Assembly: GCF_004010195.1 (NCBI RefSeq)
Contig: NC_057719.1
Coordinates: 64,361,794-64,425,793 of the forward strand
Source of the DNA: Chiloscyllium plagiosum
Lineage: Eukaryota
DNA: 64,000 nt
Direction of reading: 5' to 3'
Notes under the pieces: model-generated
Database searches by the model: none
The model's input: only the letters and a program-made list of their open reading frames with translations
Told to the model about the DNA's origin: nothing
In this document: positions 11,830-24,030 of the stretch, in pieces
Layout of the letters: every line of letters starts with the position of its first letter
Numbering within the stretch: the stretch's first letter is position 1
Position numbers and translations under genes: made by a program

Positions 11830-12910
11830 ATTTAGTATAATGTAGGAAAATGCGAAAGTTTGTTTAGGCAGAAAGTATAAAAAAACTAACTAAACCTTAG
11901 CGCATCTTTAGTGGTAGATATATTGGTGCTGACTTGAGGGGCCTTTTTTGCGCTTTATGAAACTATGAACTAAATGGTGAGAGCTTGAAGAGCTGAGATG
12001 CAGAGGGATCCTTTTGCATGGTTGCACAAGGCTAGTATGCAGATATAGTTAAATAATTGGGGAAGCTACTAAAGTGCAATCGTTACAAGTGCATTTTGGG
12101 AAAGGAAATCTTAGCAGGACCTATACACTTAATGGTAAGGTCCTAGGGAGTGTTGCTGAACAAAGAGACCTTGGAGTACAGAATCATAGCTCCTTGAAAG
12201 TCAGTCACAGATAGATAGGATAGTGAAGAAGGCGTTTGGTATGCTTTCCTTTATTGGTCAGAGTATTGAGTACAGGAGTTGAGAGGTCATGTTGCGGCCA
12301 TGCAGGACATTGGTTAGGCTACTTTTGGAATATTGCGTGCAGTTCTGGTCGTCTTCCTATCGGAAAGGTGTTGTGAAACTTGAAAGGGTTCAAAAAAGAT
12401 TTACAAGGATGTTGCCAGGGGTGGAGGATTTGAGCTTTCGGGAAATGTTGAATAGGTTAGGGCTGTTTTCCCTGGAGCATCGGAGGCTGGGGGGTGACCT
12501 TATAGAGGTTTATAAAATCATGAGGGGCATGGATAGGGTAAACAGACAAAGTCTTTTCCCTGGGGTGGGGGAGTCCAGAACTAGAGGGCATAGGTTTCGG
12601 GTGAGAGGGGATAGACATAAAAGAGACTTAAGGGGCAACTTTTTCACGCAGGTGGTACGTGTATGGAATGAGCTGCCAGAGGATGTGGTGGAAGCTAGTA
12701 CAATTGCAACATTTAAAAGGCATCAGGATGGGTATCTGAATAGGAAGGGTTTGGAGGGATATGAGCCGGGTGCTGGCAGGTGGGACTAGATTGGATTGGG
12801 ATATCTCTTCGGCATGGACGTGTTGGACCGAAGGGTCTGTTTCTGTGCTGTACATCTTATTGAAACATACAAGACTTTTGAGGGTCTTGACATCACAGAT
12901 GCGCAAAGGT
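11830..12910 (+). mobile_element. CR1 3' fragment (~12090-12860) nested in an older CR1 remnant
   Basis: LLEYCVQFWS...LERVQKRFTRML...FFTQVVRVWNELP. Confidence 0.85.
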
Positions 12911-13339
12911 TGGAAACGCTTCCAATCCCCAGCAAGTTAGTTTTAAAAATCATGCTGTTTGTGCTGGGATTACTTGTCTACCTGTGCCAAATCTCTACAT
13001 CATACCTATTGTGCACCTCTTTTCTATTTATCTCTAAATATATCCCTCTCAAATTGTACTATTGTGTACTTTCTCCAACTATTTCATTCTGTGCCTCTCT
13101 TCAGTCAGAACAAATTCTCATCTCAAGCTGCAATGTATCACTTGGTCTTTTTAAACTCAGTCATTCTCTAAAATCTGTATTAATTCACAAGAGGTTAATT
13201 GCAGTTCATGCTAGATTTATTTTCAGCCAGTGAAATGCCACTATAACTACCAATCAGGGTATCTAATGACATTTGAACCCCTCTCCCCTTCCCCAAAAAA
13301 TGCCTGAAATCCACTAAAATCCAGAAAGTTAGAATTTGG

Positions 13340-13990
13340 GTTGTCTGAACACCAAAAAATACGACAACAATGGTCATTGGAAGGAATAAACTAGAAGAAA
13401 CTAGAGTGAAGACAGAAATAGATGGTGTCACTCTGGAACAAGTAGTAAAATTTGTTCTCTTTAGGATTAATGATCACAGAAGGTGTGATGCTGAAGTCAC
13501 AGGAGGATAGAAATAGTATAACTTCAAGAAGATATTGATGCATTAACAAGAAAACTCAGGCTTGTAACAAGAAAGAAATTGGATAAAATCTACATTCGAT
13601 CCATTTTCCTGTGTATCTCAAACCTGGATAACACGTAGAAATCTGTGAAAAACATTTAGAGGCCTCTGAAATGTGGATGTTCAGATGTATATTTCAAATT
13701 ATGTGTAAAATCTATAAAGGAAATGAAGAGTGCTTGAAATTATAAGAATAATGCATACTTTTAGAAAGTGACATCTAGAAAAGAAAATGCCAGTACTTCA
13801 GCCATTCGATCCAAGCTGAACAGCTAGAGAGTTTTTCAGAAGTAAAGCAGAGGGCAACAGTAAGAGGAATTGACCGAGGTGTAGTTGGATAACGGATATC
13901 ACAGTATTGTTGTCAATACAAGGGGATAACATGAGACAGACAAGTCTGCACACCATGACAATAGATCTCCTATTAGGAGCAGTGACAAGC
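13340..13990 (+). mobile_element. Decayed RTE-clade LINE 3' portion
   Basis: Remnants of IDGVTLEQVxKF, LEASEMWMFR and K.EG...RG.PR..W.TDI motifs typical of the RTE ORF C-terminus. Confidence 0.6.
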
Positions 13991-16632
13991 AGCAATGTCT
14001 GCCTAATTGGCACTAAAAAGGAAAAAAAATGTTGGGAGTTGTCTTGCAAATATAAAATGTTGGAAAAATGACATATAGCACTGCACCTGCAAAAGGGACA
14101 AAACAGGTTTACGATTTGATTGTAAATTCTCTCCATCAGATTTTCTTTTTATGGGTGATTTGCTTCACTGTTAAGGGTAAATCTGTCTACTTTCTTGATG
14201 TTTTTGTCCATTGTTGCTGGAGCACATGAAAAGTTGTGGAGGGAGATGTTAGAACAGTATAAAGAGATATGGGAACACGGGAGGAGACATGAATTATGTG
14301 TGTGGGGATAAAGCATTTGTTATAATTTTGCCAAAACAAAGCTAAGTACAAAAGTTCGAGGTCAGCTAAAACTAATTCCACTCAATATTTACCAATGATG
14401 GGAGAGTTGAGGTAACAGTCTCTTCTGCTATTGTTTGCCTAATTGAACAAAAAAATGGTTCTGTTAATCTGATGTATTCATCCAACGTATGGGACTCATG
14501 AATAAGTAAGGCAATCAAGCCTCGTATACATAATTCCCCATTGAATAAGCCTGTGTCCCATGACTAGTAAGTACTTAGCGCAGTAGGTGGGATGAAAGAG
14601 AGATGAATTTTATGGGGATTAAGATAATGCAACATTTAGTGACATCAACAGATGTGATGCCAGAAGAAATGAAACAAATGCTGGTTCGCTTCTACTTATG
14701 ACGGAAATTTAAAGCTTAAAAAAGTTTTTAAACAGTAAGCACTGTTTTGCCACATACAGAACTAAAACTATTAAATCACAATTGTGTCTGTGACCTGCCT
14801 CAGTATTTCAGCACATGGTAACTCGAAAAACCTGTAGATGCAGCTAGTTCACAAGTTTCTTTGTAACCATATATGAAATCTCTTTCTGAGCAAACTTAGT
14901 GATCATGAGATTCTTGAGCAAATATTAGCTTAGAAACTGGAAAACAGGTCTGTTGTATTGTGAAGTCCCTTGGATCATGCAATATGCTCTACTTGCATTT
15001 CAGCAAATGTGACATCTGATGCAGTTACTTTGAAAGCATAGTGCTATTGTGATTTTGTCTTTTCTAATGTGTTTAATAATGTATATCCCACTGCAACAGA
15101 TTTTGTGATGGTTTTTATTGCAATCATTTTGAAGAAATTCTCCTTCCTTAACAATGGTAGTTTCAGGGTTTTTGTTTTGCTCGCCATCTTAAATTTATTT
15201 TTCCCCTTTTTATCAGATGAGAAGACACATTGGTAACATGTACAACAAACTAATAAGAGCAGTGTGATGCAGTCAGTTAATAATTTTGCTCCTTTATCTA
15301 AATTGTCTTCTTCCTCCCTTCAGTGGAAGCCTCATGTGTAGCCTCTATCAGATATCTCTCACTAACGAGTTAAGTGAGTTATCACTTGGTATATAGTGCT
15401 TCTGTATACCATGTTAATCTGCATTATGTAAGCACAGTATAAGCAAGGACTTCTATTTGATCTAGAATCAACATAATATATTATCTAATTTTTCACAGTG
15501 CCGATAGTAGGAAATCAAATTTTAAAAATTGTTTCTGATTTTAATTGTTGGCAACCACTAAATATTAAGTTTCCCTTATCCCTTTATGATATAAATGACA
15601 GGAAATGTATCAAAAAGCACGTTTGCCATGTTATGTTATACTCACCGACATGCCTCATATGCATTACATATACCATTACCATTTACTTGTGGCATGAAAC
15701 TCAGGGAAAGGTAAGTAGCTGTTTCCCCAGTCTGTCTTCTCAAGAATGTTGAACCTGCTGAAAACTCCTGGGTGAAATTTGCTTTATCAATACTGACTGT
15801 TGCTGTCATTCTGGTAATTGTGGTTGTCATTGTTGGATTCCCTACATTGTACCAGAAATTGCAGTTTTTATGTGATTCATGAACTGAGTTCTTAGCACAG
15901 TAGTCAAGCTCACCATTGTATTAGAATATCTGTTAGCTTTATTTTCCCTGTTGCTTTATCCAGGTTGCTGTGGGCACTGTGCTCAGAAGACAATTACTGT
16001 TGGGAGAGCTAAGGAAGTGGGAGTTATTGGTTTGTGACACCTCACAAGGTTTTGACATGCAGTCAGTTCTCAGCAAAGTTTGAAAAGTACAATATTCTGG
16101 CCAATCAAGATTGTGTTTCAAGCATTGTGGTGGCCATAAATGAGCAAACCAACTGATGCTTAATAAATGAATGTGATTCACAAATTCCTTGAATATTTTC
16201 CTGCATCTTAATACACAGGCTTATTTGTGTAAACTCACTTATCTGATGAGCATTCAAAGCCTGAAACATGAACCATGTTTCTCTCCACAAATGCTGAGAC
16301 GTCTTGAGCAATTTCCAGTTTTTAAGATTTGTACATCTGCAGTATTTTGCTATTGTAAATAAACTTATTGTTCTAATAAATCATATCCAAGATACTAGCC
16401 AACTATGAATTAGTAGCCGAACCTCAGTAGCTTAAATAAACCTTTCCAAAGATATTTTTATTGTCTCTAATGGCTTAATGGCCCAATGGCCCCAAGGGTA
16501 TCCAAAACCAAAATAAGTTTCAACACTTAATGGTGTTTCACAACTTGAGGATGGGTGTATGGATAGAGCTTCCTTAAAGCTTCATTGGAAATATATCAAA
16601 TGATCATTCACTGATCATTTAATGTTTTGCAG

Positions 16633-16691
16633 AACAGAAGAAAAGATTCATACGTGAAATTGATGAAAAAGTTGATGAAGCAAATGAAGTT
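16633..16691 (+). CDS. VTI1B: VTI1B exon 2
   Basis: TTTTGCAG acceptor; (E)QKKRFIREIDEKVDEANEV; GTAAGT donor; 59 nt, frame continuous with exons 1 and 3. Confidence 0.95.
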
Positions 16692-16854
16692 GTAAGTACT
16701 GAATGGCAGAGAATCTCAAATATGCACTCTGATTTACTCATCAAATCTAAGTAGAAATTATTGGTGGTGAAGCAACTTAGTTTATCAAGGATGCCAGTAA
16801 TAGCTGTCATTTAGAGAAATTGCATCTTTGAATGCTGTGTGCTTTTGCTTGTAG

Positions 16855-17040
16855 CTGGATGGAATGGAAAAGGAACTAAGGAAAGCACCACTCTCATTCC
16901 GTAGTCAGATGAATACAAAAATTCGTTCCTACAGAAAAGATGTAAGCAAGCTACAGCAGGATGTTAGAAGCAATGATATTGGACATGGATTTCGTAGTGA
17001 CGTTAAGTACACAGAGTACAGTGCTGAAAATGAACAAAGT
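16855..17040 (+). CDS. VTI1B: VTI1B exon 3
   Basis: LDGMEKELRKAPLSFRSQMNTKIRSYRKDVSKLQ...AENEQS; TGTAG acceptor and GTAAGT donor; 186 nt. Confidence 0.96.
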
Positions 17041-17729
17041 GTAAGTATTGCAACTAAAAAGCATTGTTGTAGCAATTACATTTTTGTGCATGTTGGCTTA
17101 ATAGAACATTATGTACCACTAATAGAATATTCTGTTCATTTCAGGACTGACCTTTAGCTTGTCACACTAATGTCTTTGTTTTTATTGGTTATTGTTGAAC
17201 TCAGCAGCAATGGGATTGTTTAAAGTAGCAATTTATTTAATGTCAGGATTCCTGCATTTAGGGAGGTAGGAAAATAATTTTCCTTGACATTGTAATGATT
17301 CTTATTGGACTTGAATTTTTTCATTTCTTGTACTGACCATCTTTATGGACTTTTTAAAATGAGATTCAGTTCCATTCAGTGTGCAATATTCTCCATTATG
17401 TAGGCTTGTTTGCAGTCTACACAAAGAGAAGACATTCATTTCTTTGAATTTGATTCTGAGAAGGTCAACCTGTATCCAGATCAGCTTTTCAATATATTAA
17501 AAGTTAATCAAACAAAAGCAAAATCATGTGTCTTGGGAAAAATAGCTTCTCCATCATTTGCCTGAAGTAGGGTGAAACATATTTCTCAGACTAAAGATGC
17601 AGCTTTTTATGAAGGTTGAAGCAGTGGCAGAAACTATCCCATTACTCTCCAGAACCTTGAAGTGGAAAAGCATAATTTTGTTGTCTATAATCTAGTTATT
17701 ATCTAGCTTAAAAATCTTCTCTCTTTCAG

Positions 17730-17903
17730 AATTACTTAGGAGCTCAGCGTGCTTTGCTTTTGCAAGGTACAGACAGTCTGAACAGAGCAACTCAAAGTAT
17801 AGACCGTTCTCATAGAATAGCAGCAGAGACTGATCAGATAGGTTCGGATATAATTGAGGAACTTGGTGGGCAAAGAGAGCAGCTGGAACGCTCGAAAGAC
17901 AGG
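17730..17903 (+). CDS. VTI1B: VTI1B exon 4 (SNARE motif)
   Basis: NYLGAQRALLLQGTDSLNRATQSIDRSHRIAAETDQIGSDIIEELGGQREQLERSKDR; TTTCAG acceptor, GTGAGT donor; 174 nt. Confidence 0.97.
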
Positions 17904-18014
17904 GTGAGTTCAAGAGTCAAGCAATTTGTTAAGAAATATCCTGAAAACTTCAACTGGATAACTTGAAACTTTGCTCTCTTTTTCTATTCATACTCTTTGA
18001 TTTTTGTTCCTAAG

Positions 18015-18076
18015 CTAATAAACACAGGTGAGAATTTGAGCCGGAGTCGGAAAATACTGCGTTCCATGTCCAGAAG
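18015..18076 (+). CDS. VTI1B: VTI1B exon 5
   Basis: LINTGENLSRSRKILRSMSR(R); CCTAAG acceptor, GTAGGT donor; 62 nt. Confidence 0.95.
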
Positions 18077-18541
18077 GTAGGTTTGTTTTCTTGCAACCGT
18101 GGTGGTACTTTCTATTGATCAAAGAGCATCAATGTAGAAAATGAGTGAGTATATGCTTCAAGGGGAGAGGGAGAAACTTTAAATTTAATCAATCACTGTG
18201 TAAATTGAAGATTAATGGTGGCTCAATAATGCAGCTGTAACATTTTCTACTGGTAGTACCTTTGCACCATGTATGTACTAGTTAGCTTTTGTTTGACAGT
18301 GTAACTTGGCTACAACTTGAAAATAGGTCATGTTAAAGAAGCCAGAATAGCCTGGAGCATTGTGAAGGAGGAGTAACACCACACAATTTTATTTTAAAAA
18401 TTGCTTAATAGCTGGTGACTAGTGTATTAGAGACTGGTTACTGTAGTAGAAAAAGTAGTGTATGACAGTTGTAAGAGTAGAAAATATATCAATTTATTTA
18501 TTTAACTGAATTAAAGTGAATGCTTTCATCTCTCTCTCTAG

Positions 18542-18641
18542 GGTTATGACAAACAAGTTGCTACTGGCTGTTATCATCCTTCTGGAAGTGGTAATTCTAG
18601 CAGCTGTTGTATATATCAAGTTCTTCAGCAAACAACATTAA
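18542..18641 (+). CDS. VTI1B: VTI1B exon 6 (C-terminal transmembrane anchor, stop)
   Basis: VMTNKLLLAVIILLEVVILAAVVYIKFFSKQH*, TAA at 18639-18641. Spliced CDS is 678 nt = 225 aa with no frameshift. Confidence 0.96.
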
Positions 18642-18948
18642 CCCAAAGATACTTATGCAATTTCAGTATATGGGACACCTGCTTTAGTGCTTCCCCTAAA
18701 GCTCTCAAGTTTCTGACTCTACAAGAAAGTGTTAAGATGGAGGATGTATTGAAGTACTTTTATGGAATCATTTCCATTCATCACATGCTCAACCTGGTTA
18801 TAGGATCTCTTTTGTAGTCTGATGGGTCTTCAGCTGACACTGCATCTTTGAGCAAGATGAAAGAACTTAACTTGTTAAAGAGACTGATCAAATGCAACTT
18901 AAACTTTGTTGCTAATTACTACATTGTAGTAATGTGCACAAAACTTTT

Positions 18949-18954
18949 AATAAA
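18949..18954 (+). terminator. Probable VTI1B polyadenylation signal
   Basis: AATAAA ~310 nt after the VTI1B stop; a second + strand AATAAA lies at 19205-19210. Confidence 0.6.
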
Positions 18955-19013
18955 GTCATTTGATATTTAACAAATGTCCTATTGGTCTTGCACATATCTG
19001 TCCTGAGGGAAAG

Positions 19014-19019
19014 TTTATT
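19014..19019 (-). terminator. Probable ARG2 polyadenylation signal
   Basis: TTTATT on + (AATAAA on -) ~340 nt after the ARG2 stop. Confidence 0.6.
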
Positions 19020-19359
19020 TAATGAAGTGTGTAGATTTATCCCTGCCAGTGTATTCTTATACAAAGTACAGAACATTTGAAAGTTCAGTTGATCAAACAG
19101 TATGACTTATTCAAACACAGCTCCAACTCAAATAGAGAAATGATATTCTTTCAATTAGAACATATTGAAAAAGCTTAGTACGGCATTGTTCACATTACCT
19201 TAAGAATAAAGGAAGGTATGGATGATGGGCTTAGAATAGTATCCCATTAATATATCCCAATGATAAGTATATATGGAACAGTGCTATTCTTAAAATTTCA
19301 GTTCTGGAATAGGATTTTGTACAAGCTAAACATTGTTTCCTCTTCTCCACCTTCAATTC

Positions 19360-19562
19360 CTAAAGCCGTATAGTCTGTTCATTTGTTGTATATGTTGCAC
19401 TGGGTGTTGGTAATTCATCATATTTGCCATGGGATCCTTCTCGAGCCTGTCCCAAAGAAAAGGAGATGACATCTATTGCAATATTTACTGTAGCATTAAG
19501 TTCAGCATCTGAAGTCGCAAGTTTAGGGTTGACTTCCACCAGATCCATGGCAGACAGTAATC
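19360..19562 (-). CDS. ARG2: Arginase 2 (mitochondrial), exon 8 of 8
   Basis: (G)LLSAMDLVEVNPKLA...SLGQAREGSH...TIRL*; contains the arginase EVNP motif and an ARG2-type C-terminal tail. Spliced CDS is 1068 nt = 355 aa. Confidence 0.96.
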
Positions 19563-19738
19563 CTGTATGAAAAAACAAAGTTGCTTATCACCTTGCGTTG
19601 AAACAATAAGTCTAAGTCATTTGTACCAGCAATGAAGCTCAACTGCTCTTGATTTTTGGTTAAATTGGAGCTTTTACATGAAGCCTGATCAGTCAATAAA
19701 GATAAACAATTAGTAGGTTTTGGACATTAGATTCATAC

Positions 19739-19875
19739 CTGTGTTCTGCACAGCCTCTGCAATATACATCCCTTCCCTGTATGTTAGTCCTCCTATCACT
19801 GGAGTACCAGTAGCAGGAGCTAAAGATGGGTCAATGGCATCCACATCATAGCTCAGGTGCACTGGTCTTTTCTGT
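19739..19875 (-). CDS. ARG2: ARG2 exon 7
   Basis: [45 protein letters not shown]; DxD Mn ligands; 137 nt with GT-AG ends. Confidence 0.97.
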
Positions 19876-20327
19876 CTGAAAAGGAAATTACAACTTAGAC
19901 TTAACAACTGCTGACTCATGCCTTTATTTTAAAATATGACAAATCAGGTTTGTCAGCTAGTCTGTTAAAAAGAAACACTTCATATGCACAAGGAAACAGG
20001 CATCTCAATTTTCATTTCCACCATTGAAAGAATGCCAATTCATCAGTTCAGGTTCTTGTGCCATCCCAGTATCTCAAATATATACCAATATTCATTTCTA
20101 GTCTATATGCCAATAAAATCTATTATAAAAAGGTGGGTTCCACATTTCCCCAACGTGAATGCTGGTTTATAAACCTGCACTGCATAGAAGTTTTTACAAA
20201 CGGACTGCCCTATCAAGGTCAATATAAAATTAAACAGATGCTTCTTAGAGTGATGCAAAGCAATAGGTTCTTATTTTCCATCAAAGTAAATGCAAAGTAA
20301 CAGCTACATTTGGCTCTTCTAACCTAC

Positions 20328-20432
20328 TTTCCAATAAGGTGATCAAATGTTCTTTCCATTACTTTATGTATTCCTAGTTGATCCACTTCTTTCATTGAGA
20401 AGTATCGAATACCAAAGTTTTTCAGGATGTAA
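20328..20432 (-). CDS. ARG2: ARG2 exon 6
   Basis: [34 protein letters not shown](K); 105 nt. Confidence 0.96.
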
Positions 20433-20988
20433 CTGTTGGTAAGAAACAAAATTTTTAAATAAATATCTAAAGTGCCTGTTGAGTCAAATTTGAGGTCACT
20501 TTAGAGCATGCATGCTTAGACAGAGTAATACTGAGATATGAATAAGAGCCTCTCTCAATGTCATGTGTTTAAATGAACACAAAATTTCATGTTTTCTATG
20601 TTACCTTAATGAAGGTGTGGTTATTCACTAAACATTAAATGTTTAAACGCCAGATTAAATTGTCATTTTTTGCTTGCTTTTTCAGACATTATGTAGCTAC
20701 TTAATTCAAAGATTACACTTTGAAATTAAATGGAAGTTGTGAAGGATGTCAAGTGCCATGTTATTCCAAGCTATTCTGAAATGCAGATTTGAAGTCGTGG
20801 TAATTTCAATAAGGAATCTTCAATTAGGAATTGTATTAGAGGTATTAAGTAACAGGTGAAAAGCTAATTTCTGAATCATTAAATTAGCATTGAATAGATA
20901 TGTTTAATAGCCACCCAAGGCAACACTGTAGATCTGTTATGCCATTAGACAGCAGGTAGACTTGTACAAGAAAACCAAGTGTTCTTAC

Positions 20989-21083
20989 TATTCAGCAGGA
21001 TCAACATCCCGAACACCAATATAAACCAAGTCCTTTGCTGAAATACAAGGCGTGACCCAAGAAAATCCAGGAAGTGGTGGTAT
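20989..21083 (-). CDS. ARG2: ARG2 exon 5
   Basis: [31 protein letters not shown](Y); 95 nt. Confidence 0.96.
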
Positions 21084-21233
21084 CTGCATTAAAAAAACCA
21101 CATTAGACAATAAATTTACACTGGTTCATTGCAACTACTGTAAACGTCAATTCTTAGAACATTTCCTGGATTTATCAAATCCATGAGTTCACAAGATGTC
21201 ACTTAATTGGTTCAATTTCAATAGAAATTTTAC

Positions 21234-21393
21234 CTTGTCCTGGAGCTCTCTGATAAGGAACGATACTGGTTGTCCATGCAGATTACCAGACATTGATGTT
21301 AGAGGTGTGTTTAGATCACAATGTGCATCAACCCATATGACACACAAATCAGGACGCTGCTGTGCATGTCCATGGACTGAACCAATTCCTAAA
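21234..21393 (-). CDS. ARG2: ARG2 exon 4
   Basis: [53 protein letters not shown]; DAHxD and SGNLHG motifs; 160 nt. Confidence 0.97.
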
Positions 21394-21571
21394 CTGGATA
21401 TTCATTAGAAAGAAAACATTGAGTATATTTAAGTTAGCTTTGTGTTTCCCTGCTGCACAGTGCATTCAGTTTCAGCATCTAATTGTCACAAGATTCTAAT
21501 CAAATTTTAAAGTCAACTTTTATTAAAAACAGATCTGAAATAAAGTGATAGCTTGCTGTTGGGGGACTCAC

Positions 21572-21749
21572 CTGTGATCTCCTCCAAGCATAACACTTAG
21601 GTGACCATCACCAACTGCTCGGCTGACTGCTTCAGTTAATGACTGGTTGGCTAAACCCACTGTTCTTGGGTGGTGGACAATGTTGTTATATGGTGTGTCA
21701 TTTGATACAGTGGTGAAATTCAGATCTCCATAATCATGCACTTTACAAC
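21572..21749 (-). CDS. ARG2: ARG2 exon 3
   Basis: CKVHDYGDLNFTTVSNDTPYNNIVHHPRTVGLANQSLTEAVSRAVGDGHLSVMLGGDH(S); GGDHS motif; 178 nt. Confidence 0.97.
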
Positions 21750-22849
21750 CTGGAAATTTAGAAGAACTTTATGAATTATAAAAATGCTTTTTTGTGACTT
21801 GTGAAAAGTTCCAAGTCTATCCCCAAACTCTTACTGGGTGACAATGCTTGAATTCAAAGCTTAGTCTGCATGATGAGTTTACCCCCCTTCCAAGACAAGG
21901 TCTGTATCTTTCTCTCCAAATTACCAATCTACTTTAACAGATTCCTTTACTGAACCAGATCAGCTAGTCTATGAATATTACCCTGTAACACTACAGTCAC
22001 GTGGTCTTTGGTAACATACCACAGGATAAACTTGGTTAAAATCTAATTCTTAGGCTGATCATTTAAATTGGAGAAGCAGATTTGAAATTGTAGAATCGAG
22101 AACTTCCTAAATAATTAGGAGGTAACAGGCATTGAATAGCACAATTAATCAAACTTTCTAATGTATTTCCTTTATCCTTCTAACCACAGCTCTACATTGA
22201 GTGACTGGCCTCTAATCATACTTGCTGCAAAATTTTAGGTATGAGAAATTGTTAGTCTCCAGTTACTATCAGTTTAGTTTCCATGGAATGCAAGAATCCC
22301 TGGCAAGCTCAACATTTATAGCCCCTCCCTAACTGCCCTTGAGAAGGACAGTTCTGGAGCTGAAGAATGTTGTTTATGGGGAACACGCATTTCATTGCTA
22401 TGTGCAATAATTTTAGACGGAATTCTACTTCAAGGAGTCATGACTCCCCAAATAGTTAATGCAGAAAAGACTTTCATTCCAGATCATTATCCATCAACAT
22501 TTCCTAAACTTGTATGTAGACACTGGGCATATAGTACCTCAATTGAAAATGATGTGCTGTCACTCAACAAAAGGGGCATTCAAGTGACAGACGCAATTTT
22601 CAAATTGAAGTTGTTTGAAATGAATCCTTTCAGTCATACAATAGAGGAATTTTATTCCCTTCTGACTGTGTTCCGCGATTTGAATTGTACTGAAAATGTC
22701 TGTACTGCCTCTGTAATTGGACCAAAAAAAGTACAGTCGTAACAATGAGCGATCAAGGTACTAACATCTAAATCAGAATGAGTCTGCCAAAGTAATGTAA
22801 TAGTGTGAAAATAGCTGATAGAGCATTAGTAAAAATAACTGGTTCTTAT

Positions 22850-24030
22850 GTGGTGTACTAAGATTTGCAAAAGGCCTATAACAAGAGTCTGCTGCATAAG
22901 ATAAAGATGTGTGGTATTACAGGTAAAGTATTAGCATGGATAGAAGATTGGTTGACTAACAGGAAGCAAAGAGTGGGGAAAAATGAGTGCTATTCTGTTT
23001 GGCAATCAGCAACTGATGGTGTGCCCCAGGGATCAGTGTTGCCATTGCAATTATTCACAATTTACACAGATGATTAAGTTGGGGATCATGTGTACTATGT
23101 CAAAACTTGCAGATGACATGACAATGAGTGGCAGAGCAATGTCTGCAAAGGACTGTGGAAGTTTGCAGAGGAACAGAGATACTTTAAGTGGGCAAAGGTT
23201 TGACAGATGGAATACAATGTTAATAAATGTGAAGTCATACATTTTGGTAGGAGTAACAGGAAAAAAAAGACTGACTTGAATTGTAAAAGGTTGCAGCATG
23301 CTGTTATGCAGAGGGACCAGGGTGTCCTTGTGCATGAATCACAGAATGTTGGTTGACAACAGATAATTAGGAAGGCAAATGGAACTTTGTCCTTCACTGC
23401 AAGAGGGATTCAGTTTAAAAGCAGGGAGGTTATGTTGCAGCTATACAGGATGCTGGTGAGGCCACACCTGGAATACTGTGTGCAGTTTTGGTCACTTGAC
23501 TGGAGGAGGATGAACTGGCACTAGAGGTGGTTCACTAGGTTGATTCCAGAGTTGAGGGGGCTGCCTTTGATGAGAGATGGAGTAGACTGGGATTATATTG
23601 CATTGGAATTCAGAAGAATGAGATTGGGGGGGGGGGGGGGGAGAAAGGGGTCTTATAGAAACAAAATTATGAAGGGAATAGACAAAATAGAAGTGGAGAG
23701 GAAGTTTCCACTGGCAGGTGAAACTAAGACAAGAGGGCATAGCCTCAAAATTAGGGGGAGCAGATTTAGGACTGAATTGAGAAGGAACTTCTTCACACAG
23801 AGAATTGAGAATCTGTGGAATTCCCTGCCTAGTTAAGTAGTTGACACTACTTCAGTAAATGTTTTTAAAGCTAAGATAGATATTTTTCAAACAATGAAGG
23901 AATTAACAGTTACAGTGAGAGGGCAGGTAAGTGGAGCTGAGGCCATGAAAAGATCAGCCATGATCTTACTGAATGGCAGAGCAGGCTTGAAGGGCCAGAT
24001 GGCCTACTCCTGTTCCTAGGTCTTATGTAC
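22850..24030 (+). mobile_element. CR1 LINE 3' part (antisense in ARG2 intron 2)
   Basis: [46 protein letters not shown]; poly-G at 23626-23641. Confidence 0.9.

Noticed and set aside
18028-18033. Strong internal donor CAG|GTGAGA in VTI1B exon 5
   Set aside because: It would leave a 13-nt frame-shifting exon; the 62-nt exon preserves frame and homology.
19230-19359. Open frame after the ARG2 TAG (stop-codon readthrough)
   Set aside because: No readthrough context (TAG GAA), and ~40 open codons can occur by chance.
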